From NCBI GenBank assembly GCA_013239625.1, contig MU054187.1:15888941-15952940 (forward strand): a DNA stretch of 64,000 bases. Direction: 5' to 3'. Below, piece by piece: positions 14,350-26,928 of the stretch. A program made the position numbers and the translations under genes. This DNA comes from Lama guanicoe. Taxonomy: Eukaryota. A model generated the notes under the pieces. That model was not told where the DNA came from. It was given only the letters and a program-made list of their open reading frames with translations, and searched no databases. The number at the start of each line of letters is the position of its first letter. Within the stretch, counting starts at the first letter, position 1.

Positions 14350-16080
14350 TATAATATAAGCAAATAATACTAAAAGCCTATATTCAAAATGCCAGATTAA
14401 CCTGTACCATATGATAGATGGATCTGGCATAGTCAGAAAAGAAAATCAAACAATTTAAAAAGAATTTTGGATGGAAATGCATTAAGAAAATACTATTTAA
14501 TTAATGGTAGTAATAGAGTAATATAGATCTAATTGCACCATAGAGATTGGAAAGGCAATTTTTATTAATATACAGAATTGCTTCTAAACCAATAAAGAGT
14601 TTATAAATCTATAGAGAATAAAGTGATTCAGCAGAAAAATTAAAAAAAAAAATGAAAGGACAAGAATGAGAAAGTAAAAAGAAAGGAGAAGAAGAATGAA
14701 GGGAGGAAGGAAAAAAGAAACAAAAGAAAGAAAATAGAATGATAAGGTAGCACTGAAATCAGAAGCGTGAATAAGATAACAGCTATAGAGCCAAATACAC
14801 ATTAACATAATCAGTGATTATGAACAGAGTAAATTCCCCATGCAAACCAAGTAAATCAAATTCTGACAAAAAGAGAAAAATTATATAGTATATAATATAC
14901 AAAGATATGCCTAAACTAACATAATATGCAGAATTTTTTTATAAAGGATTTTCAAAGAAAGAGCCCAAGAAATGGTAGGCAATTAAAAGCAAAATAAAAA
15001 TTAGTTTGATAATATAGAGAAAACAGAATTCAGTTAGGGAGAATATTAACAGAATAAGGAGATTTTTTGTGTAAATAAAATCATATTTCATAATGATATA
15101 ATGGTATCTAATATCCATGTATTAAAGAATAGAAAATTAAAATTTATAAAAAAGTTGAATCAAAAAGATTTGTAAAAATCTTGATTCTATTGGCAGTCTT
15201 TGTTTAATACATGTTTTCATTTTTTAGCAAAATAGATACACATAAAAATTAGTATATGTTTTTGATTTACATTCCTTAAGCAGATATCAAGGCCAAAATA
15301 AATACTCTGAAAATATACACAAAATGCTATATTTTCAGGAAGAGTCTGAATAGCTTAAGTTTACAAACTTTCATTGGATCTATAATATCAAGGAGGAAAA
15401 AAATTTCCAATAGAATATTTAAGTAGTGTGATTTATTGGCTTGACTTAATAGATTTATTTCTAAACTTGTGTCATATAGAAAATACACATCACCAAAACA
15501 TCATGGATCAATCCATATTATAGGTCACACAGCCAAAATTTATACATTTCAAGTGTTTTTAAATGCTCAGGCTCTAATATATGATTTTTGACAAGACTTC
15601 AAATTACAAATAACAGACTTCCTTATTTAGGCTGGATACTTTTAAATAGTTAATAAATGTTGGGTGAAGAGAAATTGCAGTTTGCATTTACAGAATATGT
15701 AGATAAAAAATGTAAGATGGTTGGAAGGAACTTGACTTTTTTTTGAGTGAGGAAATCATGGTTTTATTTTTAATATTAGAAATACTAAAATTAAATTAGC
15801 TTAGAAGTAAATTGAGGAAGCAGAAAAAAGATGAAAAGTTAGATATATGAGAACAAGGAAAAAATGCAGTTATTTAAAGAATTTAAGGGATTAAATAATG
15901 AAAAATAGTAAAGTTGATTAAATTTTTAAAACATTAAAAATTCCAACAAATTAAGTAAGAGTCTATAAAACTAATCAAGAAAATAGGATAAAATGTTTAA
16001 GTACAAAAATATTAGGTAGAACAAAGTATATGCAGTCAGAATAATGAAGAATATTTTAAATTTTCAAATGCATAATTGGT
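14350..16080 (+). mobile_element. ancient L1 ORF2 (endonuclease region), heavily decayed
   Basis: 'acataatcagtgattatgaacagagtaaattcccca', 'atccatattataggtcacacagccaaaatttatacatttcaag' and 'aaactaatcaagaaaa' appear in the order expected for L1 ORF2. Confidence 0.5.
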
Positions 16081-16084
16081 AACA

Positions 16085-16260
16085 CTTTATAATGTTATAA
16101 TAGCATTATTGTATTCAGTATTCTCAGTAACTTACATGGCAGGTGTGTATTTTCCCGACTTCTAGATGAAAACAACTGAGACTTAGTGATGTCTAGTTAT
16201 TTGCCCAAAGTCACAGTTAATAAAGAAAAAGACACTTAAATCCAAATTAATCTAACTATA
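16085..16260 (-). mobile_element. MIR SINE
   Basis: 'ttctagatgaaaacaactgagacttagtgatgtctagttatttgcccaaagtcacag' is the antisense MIR core. Confidence 0.75.
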
Positions 16261-16861
16261 TTGCCTTAATTTAATTAATATCCATTATTGTGGTATATAT
16301 ATCATACACAATGCCTAATCGTTATTCAGAACCCACTATCAGGGGTTTGACAGGTACATTCAATGCACTGCCTTATATAATCCTCACAAAAACTTGAAAA
16401 CCTGAAAAATTAGGAGCTATTTCCCTGAAATTAATCTCTGTAATTAATGAATTTAAAAAACTAAACTAGTTTTGGGGATGGACAAACGTTAATATATAAA
16501 ATCATTATCTAAAAAATAAATGAATGAAAACTCAAGAATATTTCTAGGTATAAATCCAAACATTAAAATGTATTTTAATTACCCCATTATAAAGAAAACA
16601 TCTAGTAAGTACATAAAGTCAAACTGATGGTACCAAGGGGAAAATAGCTAGAAATTAATATGACAAATTTAGAAAGTCAATAAAACAATGACAGATTGAA
16701 TATACATACTGCCTTAAAACACAATAATGACAAAATCATCATCAATAATTTAAAAGGCAAATAAATGCTTTAATATACAGTTTTCATAAGAGAACAAAGG
16801 AAGAAATGAAAATAGATGACATCATTTTACTTTCAGGAAATAAAGCAAAGATTCATTTACA

Positions 16862-17091
16862 CAAGGAGTTACCAATCATTTTTTCTGTAAAGGTCCTGAA
16901 AGTAAACATGTTAGGCTTTGTGACCAGAAGGTCTCTGTCCCAACACTCACCTCTGTTACTGTAGCAAGAAAGCAGACAGCAGCAAGACACAAACGGTTTA
17001 GTCTGTCTGTCTTACTTTACTTACAAAAGCTTTATTTACAAAACAGCCACAGACGAGATTTGATGGAAGAGATCACAGTCTCTGACTTGTG
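16862..17091. mobile_element. MER58A-like hAT-Charlie MITE
   Basis: 'ttttctgtaaaggtcctgaaagtaaacatgttaggctttgtg...ggtctctgtcccaacactcacctctgttactgtagcaagaaagcag...ctttatttacaaaacag' follows MER58A along its length. Confidence 0.8.
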
Positions 17092-19194
17092 CCAATGAGA
17101 AACCACTCAATTAGTGAACTGGTGAAAATAAAGGAAACAAAGTGAGAAAGTTTTTTTTTTTTTATAAATGCAAGGCTAAATGGAAAATGTGCTGCTTGAG
17201 TGTGCATATATTGTAATATATAGTAAAATAAAAATTTTCATTATATTTGGACCCAAATTCTAATTTCTAGATTTAATTTAGAAAAATAATATTCATTATC
17301 TAAATCTCATTATTATTTATTTTCTGGAGGTTTTGCATTTGGAAAAATGAAAGAGAAAAAAAGGATGGAAGTGAAACATTTTGAGGGGGAAATTGTTTTG
17401 GAGAGTTTTTGGAAAAAGTTCCCTAAAAATGCTTATATGCACTTGGAAATTATCAATCCTGAAATACTAATAGCAGAAAAATGTGTTAAGGATTTCTCTC
17501 TTCAGCTTAGAATAATCTAGCAGAAATCAATATAGTTAACTCTAATTTTTGTTTGTTATTACAGTAAAAAAAGCTCATCCTCTCTCTGACTTGTCCCATT
17601 TTAATTTCTTGACCATTTTGCATGAGTAAAGTGGTATCAGCTACCTTTTTTCCTTCATTTACATAAATAATGCAATGTAATTATTTACATTACAATTTAT
17701 GTAAAAAACAACAAAATAACTAACAAAAATATTAACTGAAAAGTGTTTATCTTGTAACTTTTAAGATTGTTTTCTAATTGATATTTTGCTTAGTTGATAA
17801 TTAGTTAACTGTGCAAGAGGCATTAAATATTTTTCATGCTAAATAGTATCCTGATGACGTATGTGTTACAACAGTTGACAAAAACCCACATAAATAAACA
17901 AATGAAACACTGAGTGAAATCATTTCAGATATGTGGATTTCATTTACTGCTCCCTAATGGGAAAAGTTGTTCAAACACAAAAAAGGCTGTTTCTTACTTC
18001 TTCACAGGAAAATGGGAAGGACTGATCCTCTTCAGCGTACTCTAGAATTTAGACTCATGTTAGGTTAACAAGGTTTCCATTTTCAGGCCAACTGCCAATC
18101 TCAGACATCTGAAACTTCAGGCACGTAGGGTCAAGTCTGCTTATTAAGCCATTCTTACAGTCTATGAGGACAGTTGCCTTAGTTAGAAAGCCTTTAAATC
18201 TTTATTCTACTCTCATTTTAAAAAAAAATGTCTCTCCGCATTCTTTCTTAATACCACTGCCCTGACAACATCCATTATGTAACTATGATTAGACTTAACC
18301 TTGTCTTTCTTAACGCCTCCGTTTGACCTCCAAACAGCAAAGAGCAACCTAGAAAATAACCCCTCTTCAGTTCTTACTCTGGCTGCTGCCTTAAGCTCTT
18401 TCCTAAGCTGAAAGTCACAGTGAAAGGTCAAAACTAGATGTAAGGTGCATTAATGAAATATAGCAAAGTTCAACCCAAACTATATTCCTTGAAGGAAGAG
18501 AGTGATATAATGCTGTCCTATCTAAATAGGGATTGGAGGAGGAGCTTTGAGAAAAAGCAGGGGTTTGAAGTATTTTTGGAGACTTTTGATGAAGGTGGTT
18601 AAGCCTCAAGCCATATGTTCTAAAATACATTTTTAATGAATCTTTATCTTGAAATGACTAAGTTATCTATACTTTAAAGTTCATGGTTAGCATTACTAGA
18701 AGCTGGCGTGAATCAGAATAAGACTCACAGTTATTTAAATTTTGGCATGGGATAATTGTTCTAAATGTATATTATCTGACTACAGGTATAAACACTTTTT
18801 GTTAAACGTGTTTCTTGAACTGGTTGTCTGGGTCTAATGTGGTCACCTGCAAGACTCTTTAGTCCCTACTATGCCATGTGCCCATGCGTAAACTGAAGAA
18901 TGACACAGCAGGGCCATGCCTAACCTCTCAACCAGCCCCCTACTGACATGAATTTTGAGGGCCATCATATGGGAGCTCTGAGGGGAGGGCGATAAAACTT
19001 AAGGCTTTAATATTTACTGAAATGTTGAGAAGTATGGAGGCCAGTCTTTATTAGAGATTTTAAACTTTTTCAAGCTTAAGTCTTGGACAAAAATTTCCAT
19101 TAAAAATTATCTACAATATTATTTCGGCTTTTATCTTTGCCCTTCTAGAATGACTCTAAAAATGAGAGTTCTTCTTCATGAGAAAAGAATTCTT

Positions 19195-19370
19195 TTTTTT
19201 CAATAGAGGTTTTTTAAACTTTATTTATTATTGGAGGGGAAGTTAATTAGGTTTCTTCCTTCCTTCCTTCTTTTCTTTCGTTTTTTTTGGGGGGGTGGGT
19301 ACTGGGAATTGAAGCCAGGATCTCCTGCATGCTAAGCATGAACTTTACCACTGAGTTATAACCTCCCCCA
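19195..19370 (-). mobile_element. tRNA-derived SINE, camelid vic-1-like, with 15-bp TSD
   Basis: Minus strand reads gggggaggttataactcagtggtaaagttcatgcttagcatgcaggagatcctggcttcaattcccagtacc (A/B boxes), then an A-rich tail. TSD gagaaaagaattctt at 19180-19194 and 19371-19385. Confidence 0.9.
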
Positions 19371-19899
19371 GAGAAAAGAATTCTTAAGTAAAGTTTGGTA
19401 TCCATAGACTAGAAAAATTAAAACAGAATATAGCTTTAATTTTCAACACTTCATTTTCCTTTAGGTAGTTAAGATTTAAGTTGATGTAATCAAAACATAT
19501 GTATGAATGTACCATATTAGTAGTATAAACGATGTCAATCTATACTAACATTCATGGGTCACTAAGTGAATATTCAGCTAATGGAAAACATTAAGCAGAG
19601 CAGACCAAACTTATGCAATCTAAGCTTATAAATAGTACTTCTAGTAATGTTGAAAAATTGATTCTAGCATTGTCAAAGTTAATTATGACTATTAAATTAT
19701 TAAATATGTGTCCAGGATTAGTCTTTGTATTTTGTATTATTATTTGCACCATTTCTCTGACAAAGAAGCTGCCTCTCCTGCAAATATGCTTTCTGAGATT
19801 GATATTTTTCCCTAAGAATTTTATATTTAGAAGTTATTTTTATATATACTGTTATCTATTAAAAAGTTGGGAGTAACTAACTAGAACTTCAAATGTTAG

Positions 19900-20800
19900 G
19901 GGTAGCTATTTGTTTAATCTTGAGACAGTATGTGGGCTGTGTCTAAAATATGGTTGGAGGGGTGTGTAGATTCCAGAGATATGTCCACTGGCAGGACTAA
20001 AGGATCAATTGCATGTAAAAGGCTAAGGAAGTAGGTATAACCAAGAATGAGTGAGTTATCTGGTTTAGATAACCAATGGAGAATGAAGCAATTTAATGTG
20101 GAAAGAAATTCAGGGAGGTGAGCAAGCCTCAGAGGAAACACATCAAATTTTGTTTGGCATGTGAATTTGAAAGACTGAAAAATCCTCAAAGTCGAGATAT
20201 CCAAAGTCTGAATGGACACTTGGAAGTGAAGATCAAACAAAAGCAAGCATTGAAACCAGAGATTCAGGAATCTAAAATCACAAAAAATAATGGATGCCTA
20301 GAAATAATCAACATAGGTCCTTGTTGAAACCATGCAAATATACAAAAGTGCCAAGAAAGATCATTAAATGGGGAGAGAATTATTCTGAGGGCAGAGCTCT
20401 GATTCCCTCTGATGGAAGATGCAGGTGAAGGAGTGAGAGAAGAGACCTGAGTTGTCAAAACTGTAGTAGGAGCGAGGAGGGTCGGGACACGTGCTCCACA
20501 ACGGGAATCCTCCTTCAGGACAGAAACAAGGCTCTCTCTGAAAACCTGTTCTCAGAAAAGTGATAAACTCATTCACTCTCAGGTCTAAGTGACTAATCAC
20601 ACCTTAAAATTGGGGAAAAAATCCATAGTGCATCCCAGAGATTTGTCACTTTCAAAGCATTTCCAAAATATGAAGAAAGGAATGAATTCTTGAGGCAAAA
20701 TTTCAAGGTTCTTATTATTTAACAATGTCGAATGTTACACAGAAGTCAAACATCTTTATACCTTAAAAGGCATCACAGGAAGAGAAGACTTAAAGGCGAG
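19900..20800 (-). mobile_element. L2 ORF2/3' region, decayed
   Basis: 'caaattttgtttggcatgtgaatttgaaagactg...aatggacacttggaa' is the purine-rich antisense L2 pattern. Confidence 0.55.
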
Positions 20801-21221
20801 AGCTCTCCTTGACTGGTAGGAACAGAAGGCAGATTGCAGAACAATATGTTAGCTAGTAAATTTTCTAGATAGTATTTGTCAATTGAAAAAAATCTGAATT
20901 GCTTTATCTACCATTAACACAGATACACACGAGGTACCAGAGCTTTAGTGTGCACAATCTACTGCTACTGCTTAAAATAATTAAAACAGTGATTTTTATT
21001 TTGCCTTTCAGTTTAGGGGAGTAATTTATGAGTGGGTGGGTAAGAGTCTCTAGGCATCTCCCTGACTTATTTTTTCCTTGCCAGGCTTAGATCTGAAGCA
21101 GGGCTTCCTCCTGTACCCATTTTCAGGCCAAACCTTTCATGGGAATGAAGACAAGTCCACTGCCACCTGTATCTAGTGATCTGCGCTGCCTGTGTGCACA
21201 TCAGACCCTGTGAGACACTGC

Positions 21222-21390
21222 GGCATGATAGCAAGATAAGCGGATTTGGAGTCAGAGAATTTAGGTCCCAGACCTAGGAGCTTTGGGTAGGAAAATTCAC
21301 CCATTGTATTTTCAATTATTTTAATCTACATAATGAGAGGATTAGAGTCGGCTACTTTAAATTTCCTATACATTTTATATTCTGGGATTC
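21222..21390 (+). mobile_element. MIR SINE
   Basis: 'ggatttggagtcagagaatttaggtcccagacct...aatctacataatgagaggattagag...ttctgggattctgt'. Confidence 0.55.
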
Positions 21391-24300
21391 TGTAGGAAAA
21401 ATATCAAATCACTTTTTACTTCTGATGCCTTGATAATCTGTAGGCCATGACTATATAAGTGTGACAAGATCTTGGAAATAAAAGAGCCATGACATGCATA
21501 GGGAATATTGATTTTTCTAACTCTATGAAAAGTTCGGTAACAATGTTTAGCACCTTTTGAGAAATCAAAGTCATTCTAAAGATGCAGTAAATTTTTATGC
21601 TATTTTGAGGATATATATATATACACATACACACATACATATATATACTTACTCAAAATATTTATATACACTCCTAATGCATTAGCAACCATACTTCTCT
21701 GTTTGAAGGAAAATGTAAAGAGACACCCAGAAGGATTGATGATTTCAGTTGCCTCCTTCTGATTTAATGACTTTTCCTCCTATTATGTCAACCATTTTCT
21801 CTACATTCCTCGTTAAATTCTTTATAAAACTTTTAGCCATTTTGACCTTTTAAATGATGTGGGTGCAATTACCCAAACAGCGCCCTGATAACCTTCAAGC
21901 ATAAGGCTACCTCACTGATTCTCTCACTGGAAATAAGGCATGTCAGCAGAGGAAGAATAAAAAGTTTCTTAAATAGGAAACATTGCCTTTGTGCCAATTG
22001 CCTTGGTCTTTTAAAGATGAACATATAGGGCAAGGAAACGTTTTAAGTGAGAACATTGAGCGGGTTTTATTGTAATTAGTTTCTATATTCAGATTAATTC
22101 ACAGGTTCATTGTCAACTACTGAAATGCCCAGACTAGATAAGGTAATCCATCCCTCAGGGGAAAGAATTAATTCAAAGTGTCATGGATATGAACACAGAA
22201 AGCACATGGAAAGAAATATTCAGTGTGATGGGGGAAGGGTAAGGGGGCTTATCTTTACACTTTTTAATTTTAATCCTGGACTACCTTGATATCTTTTACC
22301 TACAAGCTCAAGAAACTATTGCTTTTGTAGTTTGTTTTTAAATCGTCTGTTCTTCAGCTATTTTGATGCAATGTAAGTTACATGGGAAGACAAGTTTATA
22401 TAATGGAAATGGTGGGAGTTTATCCTTCACGTCTTTTATTTAAATCTTGGATATCCATATATTTTTAGCTATACATCTGCTTTTTTTTAAAACATCTGCT
22501 CTTTAGCTACTTTGATCCAAAGTAAAACATGAAGTGGGGAGAGGAAGGGAAACCTTTAATCTTTATATTGTTTTAATTTGGAATATGCATATATTTTTAC
22601 CTGTATGTTTGGAAGGTCATTATATTTTAGTCACCATTTTTAAGCCACTTGATTTGTGCTTCTTTTGAGCCAGAAATAATTAAAAAGCAATTCCATTCCT
22701 TGGAGAAATAGATTCTGCTTTTACAGCCCATCCCTGTGGCCTGAAACAGGCAAACTAATGTGCTACCAGCAGAGACAGTTTGAGCAGTGCTTAGAAGGAT
22801 GTTCGTCTTCACAATCTATTATTTCTTTTCAAGCAACTGTCTTTTCACCACACATATCCTGACAGCCTAATGAGTATGATTTTTTTTTCACCCTGTTTTC
22901 TTCTTTCTACTTAGTCCAAAGAACCAGTGACTCCTTTGCCAAGACTGAGAGAACTGATTGAGAAGTCACTGCCCCTGCTCTTATTTGGATGAGAGTTTGA
23001 AAAAATCGAGCTTGTTTGTTTTACTACTTCTGCATCTTCTACTTGTGTTGACTTTGAGATTTGTGGCATTTGTTCTCAGCATGGGTTCAGAATCTTTAGC
23101 AGAGCCCTTCAGGGTTGTCTGGTACCACACAGAAATCACTAGCTCTTTTGAACGAAGCATTTGAGTTTCTAAGGAAACTGAGCTCGCATTTCTTGACAAC
23201 AATCTCTAACTCTCTTAAGTACTGGTAGAAGCAGTGGAAATATAAATTAGAACAGAACAAAATGACTGGAAATATTAGAAAGACTTTTTTTTGGTTGATA
23301 ATCATTTTAAAATTGTTCTTCCCGGTATTTGTAACCGACATACACTCCTTTCAGAGATTTGTATGTATCTGTGTTTTGAAAAGACTGAAGCCTGATGTTC
23401 TGAATCTTCCTTAAAGCAAAGTTCAATCATACTTGTTTCTTTCTAGGCTTCTAAATTCAGATTTACTTAATTGGGGATATTTCACAAATGATGGCCTCTG
23501 GATTGGATTCATTTTTCCACGCTAAATGAAAACATGGTTTTCATGTTTACATTTCACTTAAGCTTACGCTTTCTATTTAGTTTGTCTATATCTTCAGCTC
23601 CTTCTCATCATTCTATTTGCTTTTTTGGACAAACTTAATAAAACTTGATATTTTGGTGAAATTACAGATGCTAAATAATACTATGAAAGTGCTTAAATTT
23701 CAGACTCTATAGTATTCTTTCCTTTCCCAACAGACTCACTATAAACAAAATAAATTTATATATATGTTATACAAATACTGTGCTCTAAAATGCTCACCAC
23801 CAATAGCCTGATGGCTTTTACATTTGCTCTTTTAACAGAACCATGATGACATCAAGAAAATAATTTTACATAAGGAAACTATTCAGGAACATTTTTGTGA
23901 AAATGTGTTATGAAATAGTTTTTCTTTCACTTTCATGGAGGCTTAATTCCTTCACATTAAAAGTAAGACTCCTTTTTACTTAATCCTACACCCCTATGTG
24001 CGCAAACATGTTTGGATAAATCCCCAAATAAATTCTCTGAAATACAATTGGTACCCTGTTCGTCCATTCAGCATATTGATGCTACTGAACAATCATCTTC
24101 AGTAAAGATTAGGTTGATAATCCTATAAAATAGATGCCCCCTGATTGTCTTCTGACTAAATAATATTCATGGGACTCTGCATAGTCTATGAAACCACATT
24201 TTGAATTTAAAAATGTGTATCAAAAATCCTTAATTCCAATCTTGGCAAATGTATTGTTGACTTCCCCCAACCTCACTTCATTTAATTTACTTAGAATTAG

Positions 24301-24920
24301 CTTAATTACTTTGGTTTGTCTGTGGAAATAAAAGCACTTGCATACTTCGTGGGGGAGCCATGTAATTAATGTATTGAAATTGTGGATTAAATAATAATGG
24401 AGTGCTTCCAGTAACTGAAGTATTTATATAATGGTTATTTTGTCCTGTATGTATGCACGAAGCCAATCTCCGGGGATGCATCAGTACTCATTAGTGGCTA
24501 TTTAAAAGCTCTCTTTTGGTACCCAAAGAGAACTCATGTGAGGAACTGAGTGTCCTGGGTAGATATTCACAGCTGATGTGCACTGACTGTGTATCACTGA
24601 ATTCTTGGTAGCTGGTAAAAATCAGAGGTTTCTCAATTACATTTTGTAGATGATTTTTGCGGATTATAATCAAACAAGACACAGTACTAAGTGGATTTTC
24701 TACCACATAAAAATGCATACTATAAAGAAAAAGGGTTTATTTTGCAATATAATTATAATTAGACAAGTACTAATACTATGACAGCATTCCAAAGATAAAA
24801 AATGTAGTGTCCTCCCAGCCTCACAGTATGCTTAATACATTTATAACAGCGGAATTGGTAGATCAAGATTGTATCAGTTGTGGAGAACAAAAGAAGCCTC
24901 TGGTACAGTTTGCTCTTTGG

Positions 24921-24957
24921 AAGAGAGAGAGAGAGAGGGAGTGAGAGAGAGAGAGGG
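24921..24957. repeat. (GA)n microsatellite, interrupted
   Basis: Directly visible: aagagagagagagaggggagtgagagagagagaggg. Confidence 0.85.
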
Positions 24958-25121
24958 AAATTAACACATTTCCTGCTAAACACAACTGCTTCCATTTAAA
25001 AAAATAATTAGAAAGGAAAGCAAGAAACGATTACCATGGTGTTATTTGATACAACTGAACAATTACATGCACTAATAAAAAACTCCTTCACATTGTAGAA
25101 AAGCCATTGGCTTCAGAATAA

Positions 25122-25507
25122 TGTAACAGGGAAGGACAAATGTGACTCCATGTTAGATCTGTTTCTTTCGCTCTAACCCTGTGCTCTGTTTCCTGTGCTT
25201 AGTCGTACTGGTTCTGCACCTTTTATAAAAGAATATGCCTATGGCCTAAAATATACAGAATCCCCCATTCTCAAGGCTCTGACCTTTAAGGGTATAACAC
25301 TTCTCCATTCATACAGAGATAAAAAGTTGCAGAACAGAGAACAGCATTTGTCTTGTTGGAGAATTACAGGAACATCATGATCTGGCCTATCTGGGCAGAT
25401 GCAAGAACAAAGGATTCCAACACCCAAAAGTTTGCAACAAGCAACCACATTCCCTCCCTTTTTAGTATAAAAGGAGCCTGAGTTCTGACTTGGTTCTCTA
25501 GGACATT
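25122..25507 (+). mobile_element. ERV1-type LTR, 3'-truncated (U3 through TATA)
   Basis: Starts TGTAACAGGGAAGGACAAATGTGACTCCATGTTAGATC. TATAAAA at 25466-25472. No AATAAA or terminal CA follows. Confidence 0.8.
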
Positions 25508-25729
25508 GATGGGGATGATAATTGTCATAAACACAGAACTATTCTAGGAGTTGATGTGACATTTGAAAAACTTTTGCATAAGGTGCATAACATTTTTAAC
25601 ATGTGCTAATTTTTGTTAGTTATAAATTCAAGCCATATTGAAATTTCACACTTTGACAATTCACATTTGTAGTATGGAAGTGCCATTGATGACTTAGAAA
25701 TATGCTTTAGGATTTTTATTTTTTTACAT

Positions 25730-25925
25730 TTGGAATCACAAGATATTAAAGATGAAAGCGACAACTCTGGTTGGTCAGCATTTTCATTTTACAAGTGAGG
25801 ATATTAAGCATCATAAAAGGCTAACTGATTTGCCTTAGATCACTCAGGTTTTTAGTAGCAAAGCAAGACTGGAATCCACATCTCTTAACTCCCAGGCCAA
25901 TGTTCATTTGAGGTACGCTGTCTTT
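25730..25925 (-). mobile_element. MIR SINE
   Basis: 'cattttacaagtgaggatattaagcatc...tgatttgccttagatcactcag...agcaagactggaatccacatctcttaactcccaggcc'. Confidence 0.7.
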
Positions 25926-26127
25926 CAAGAAGTGATTATCATGTCAGTTCTCTGAAAGAGCTTTGTCATCAGAGCTTGAAAAGCTTTGGTTGAGTTATTT
26001 TTGAAAACAATAACAAAATCAAAAATAAAAGATATGATTTTTAAAATACCAGTATTTAAGTAGAAAATCAATATTAGTGTAATAATAGGGTAATTAAAAG
26101 AAAAATCGATAAAGTTGTCGCTTTAAT

Positions 26128-26184
26128 TTTTATATGTCAGACTTTTATATGTCAGACTTTTGTATGTCAGAATTTTATAAGTCA
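26128..26184. repeat. 15-bp tandem repeat (ttttatatgtcagac), about 3.8 copies
   Basis: Units start at 26128, 26143, 26158 and 26173 (partial). Confidence 0.9.
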
Positions 26185-26478
26185 CGTTTTCTTTTAGGAA
26201 GTATTCATCCAAGTCCTGGGGCAGGCTTAGGAACTAGCACTGATGCAACACCCAATGTTGTAAAGTACGAGAGACGTGGGCCAAGTTCACAGGAATATGA
26301 GCATAGAGTTCTCTAGTCTGGTGTCTTGTGTTAGGTGCATAGCTTAGTGGGTGAGTTGGAGGGAGAAATAATCTAGTCTTCAATAAATTTGGGAATCCCT
26401 TAACTAAACAAAGAAAAATATATTTCTTGATTGTAACACTTCTCAGAGTCTTCATAATGTGGATATGTATTATGAAAC

Positions 26479-26513
26479 TGTAACAAGGGGATTGTCAACC
26501 TTCAAAACAAAAC

Positions 26514-26544
<31 letters not shown>

Positions 26545-26928
26545 GTAAGCAGTCTAACCAGCAAAATCAAGCTCATTCCAGACAAGTAGAGGAACTGCAA
26601 TTTGGGACTTGCGAACTATGGTGAAACTTGGCAAAGCCTGGAGAACAAAGGAGAGGCACCTTCTTCTGTAGGAGAAAGCAGGAAGCTGAGCAGGGCTGTT
26701 TTGAATGAAAATGCATTGGAGGACAGCAATGATTTAGGGTTGTGGTGGCTTCTCATTGGCTGAGTTACAGGGGTTTCTCATTGTGTTGTTGCTGAGCAGG
26801 AAGAAAATCTTCCTTCTTCCTGCTGGGGTGTGTAAAGCAAGTTGGGAGGAGCAGTTTGTGCATGAATGCTCCCTTTTTAGGGCTACCCAAGTCCATTTTG
26901 AATGAGGTTTCCTTTATTCATTTTCACA
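26479..26928 (-). mobile_element. ERV1-type solo LTR containing an (AAAAC)n tract
   Basis: TG...CA ends. Minus strand starts tgtgaaaatgaataaaggaaacctcattcaaaatggac and carries a CCAAT box (cattggctg on +). No clean TSD. Confidence 0.7.
26506..26543. repeat. (AAAAC)n pentanucleotide microsatellite
   Basis: About 7 perfect aaaac units. Confidence 0.95.

Noticed and set aside
19295..19370. tRNA gene on the minus strand
   Set aside because: The tRNA-like head is followed by a SINE tail and flanked by TSDs, so it is a SINE.
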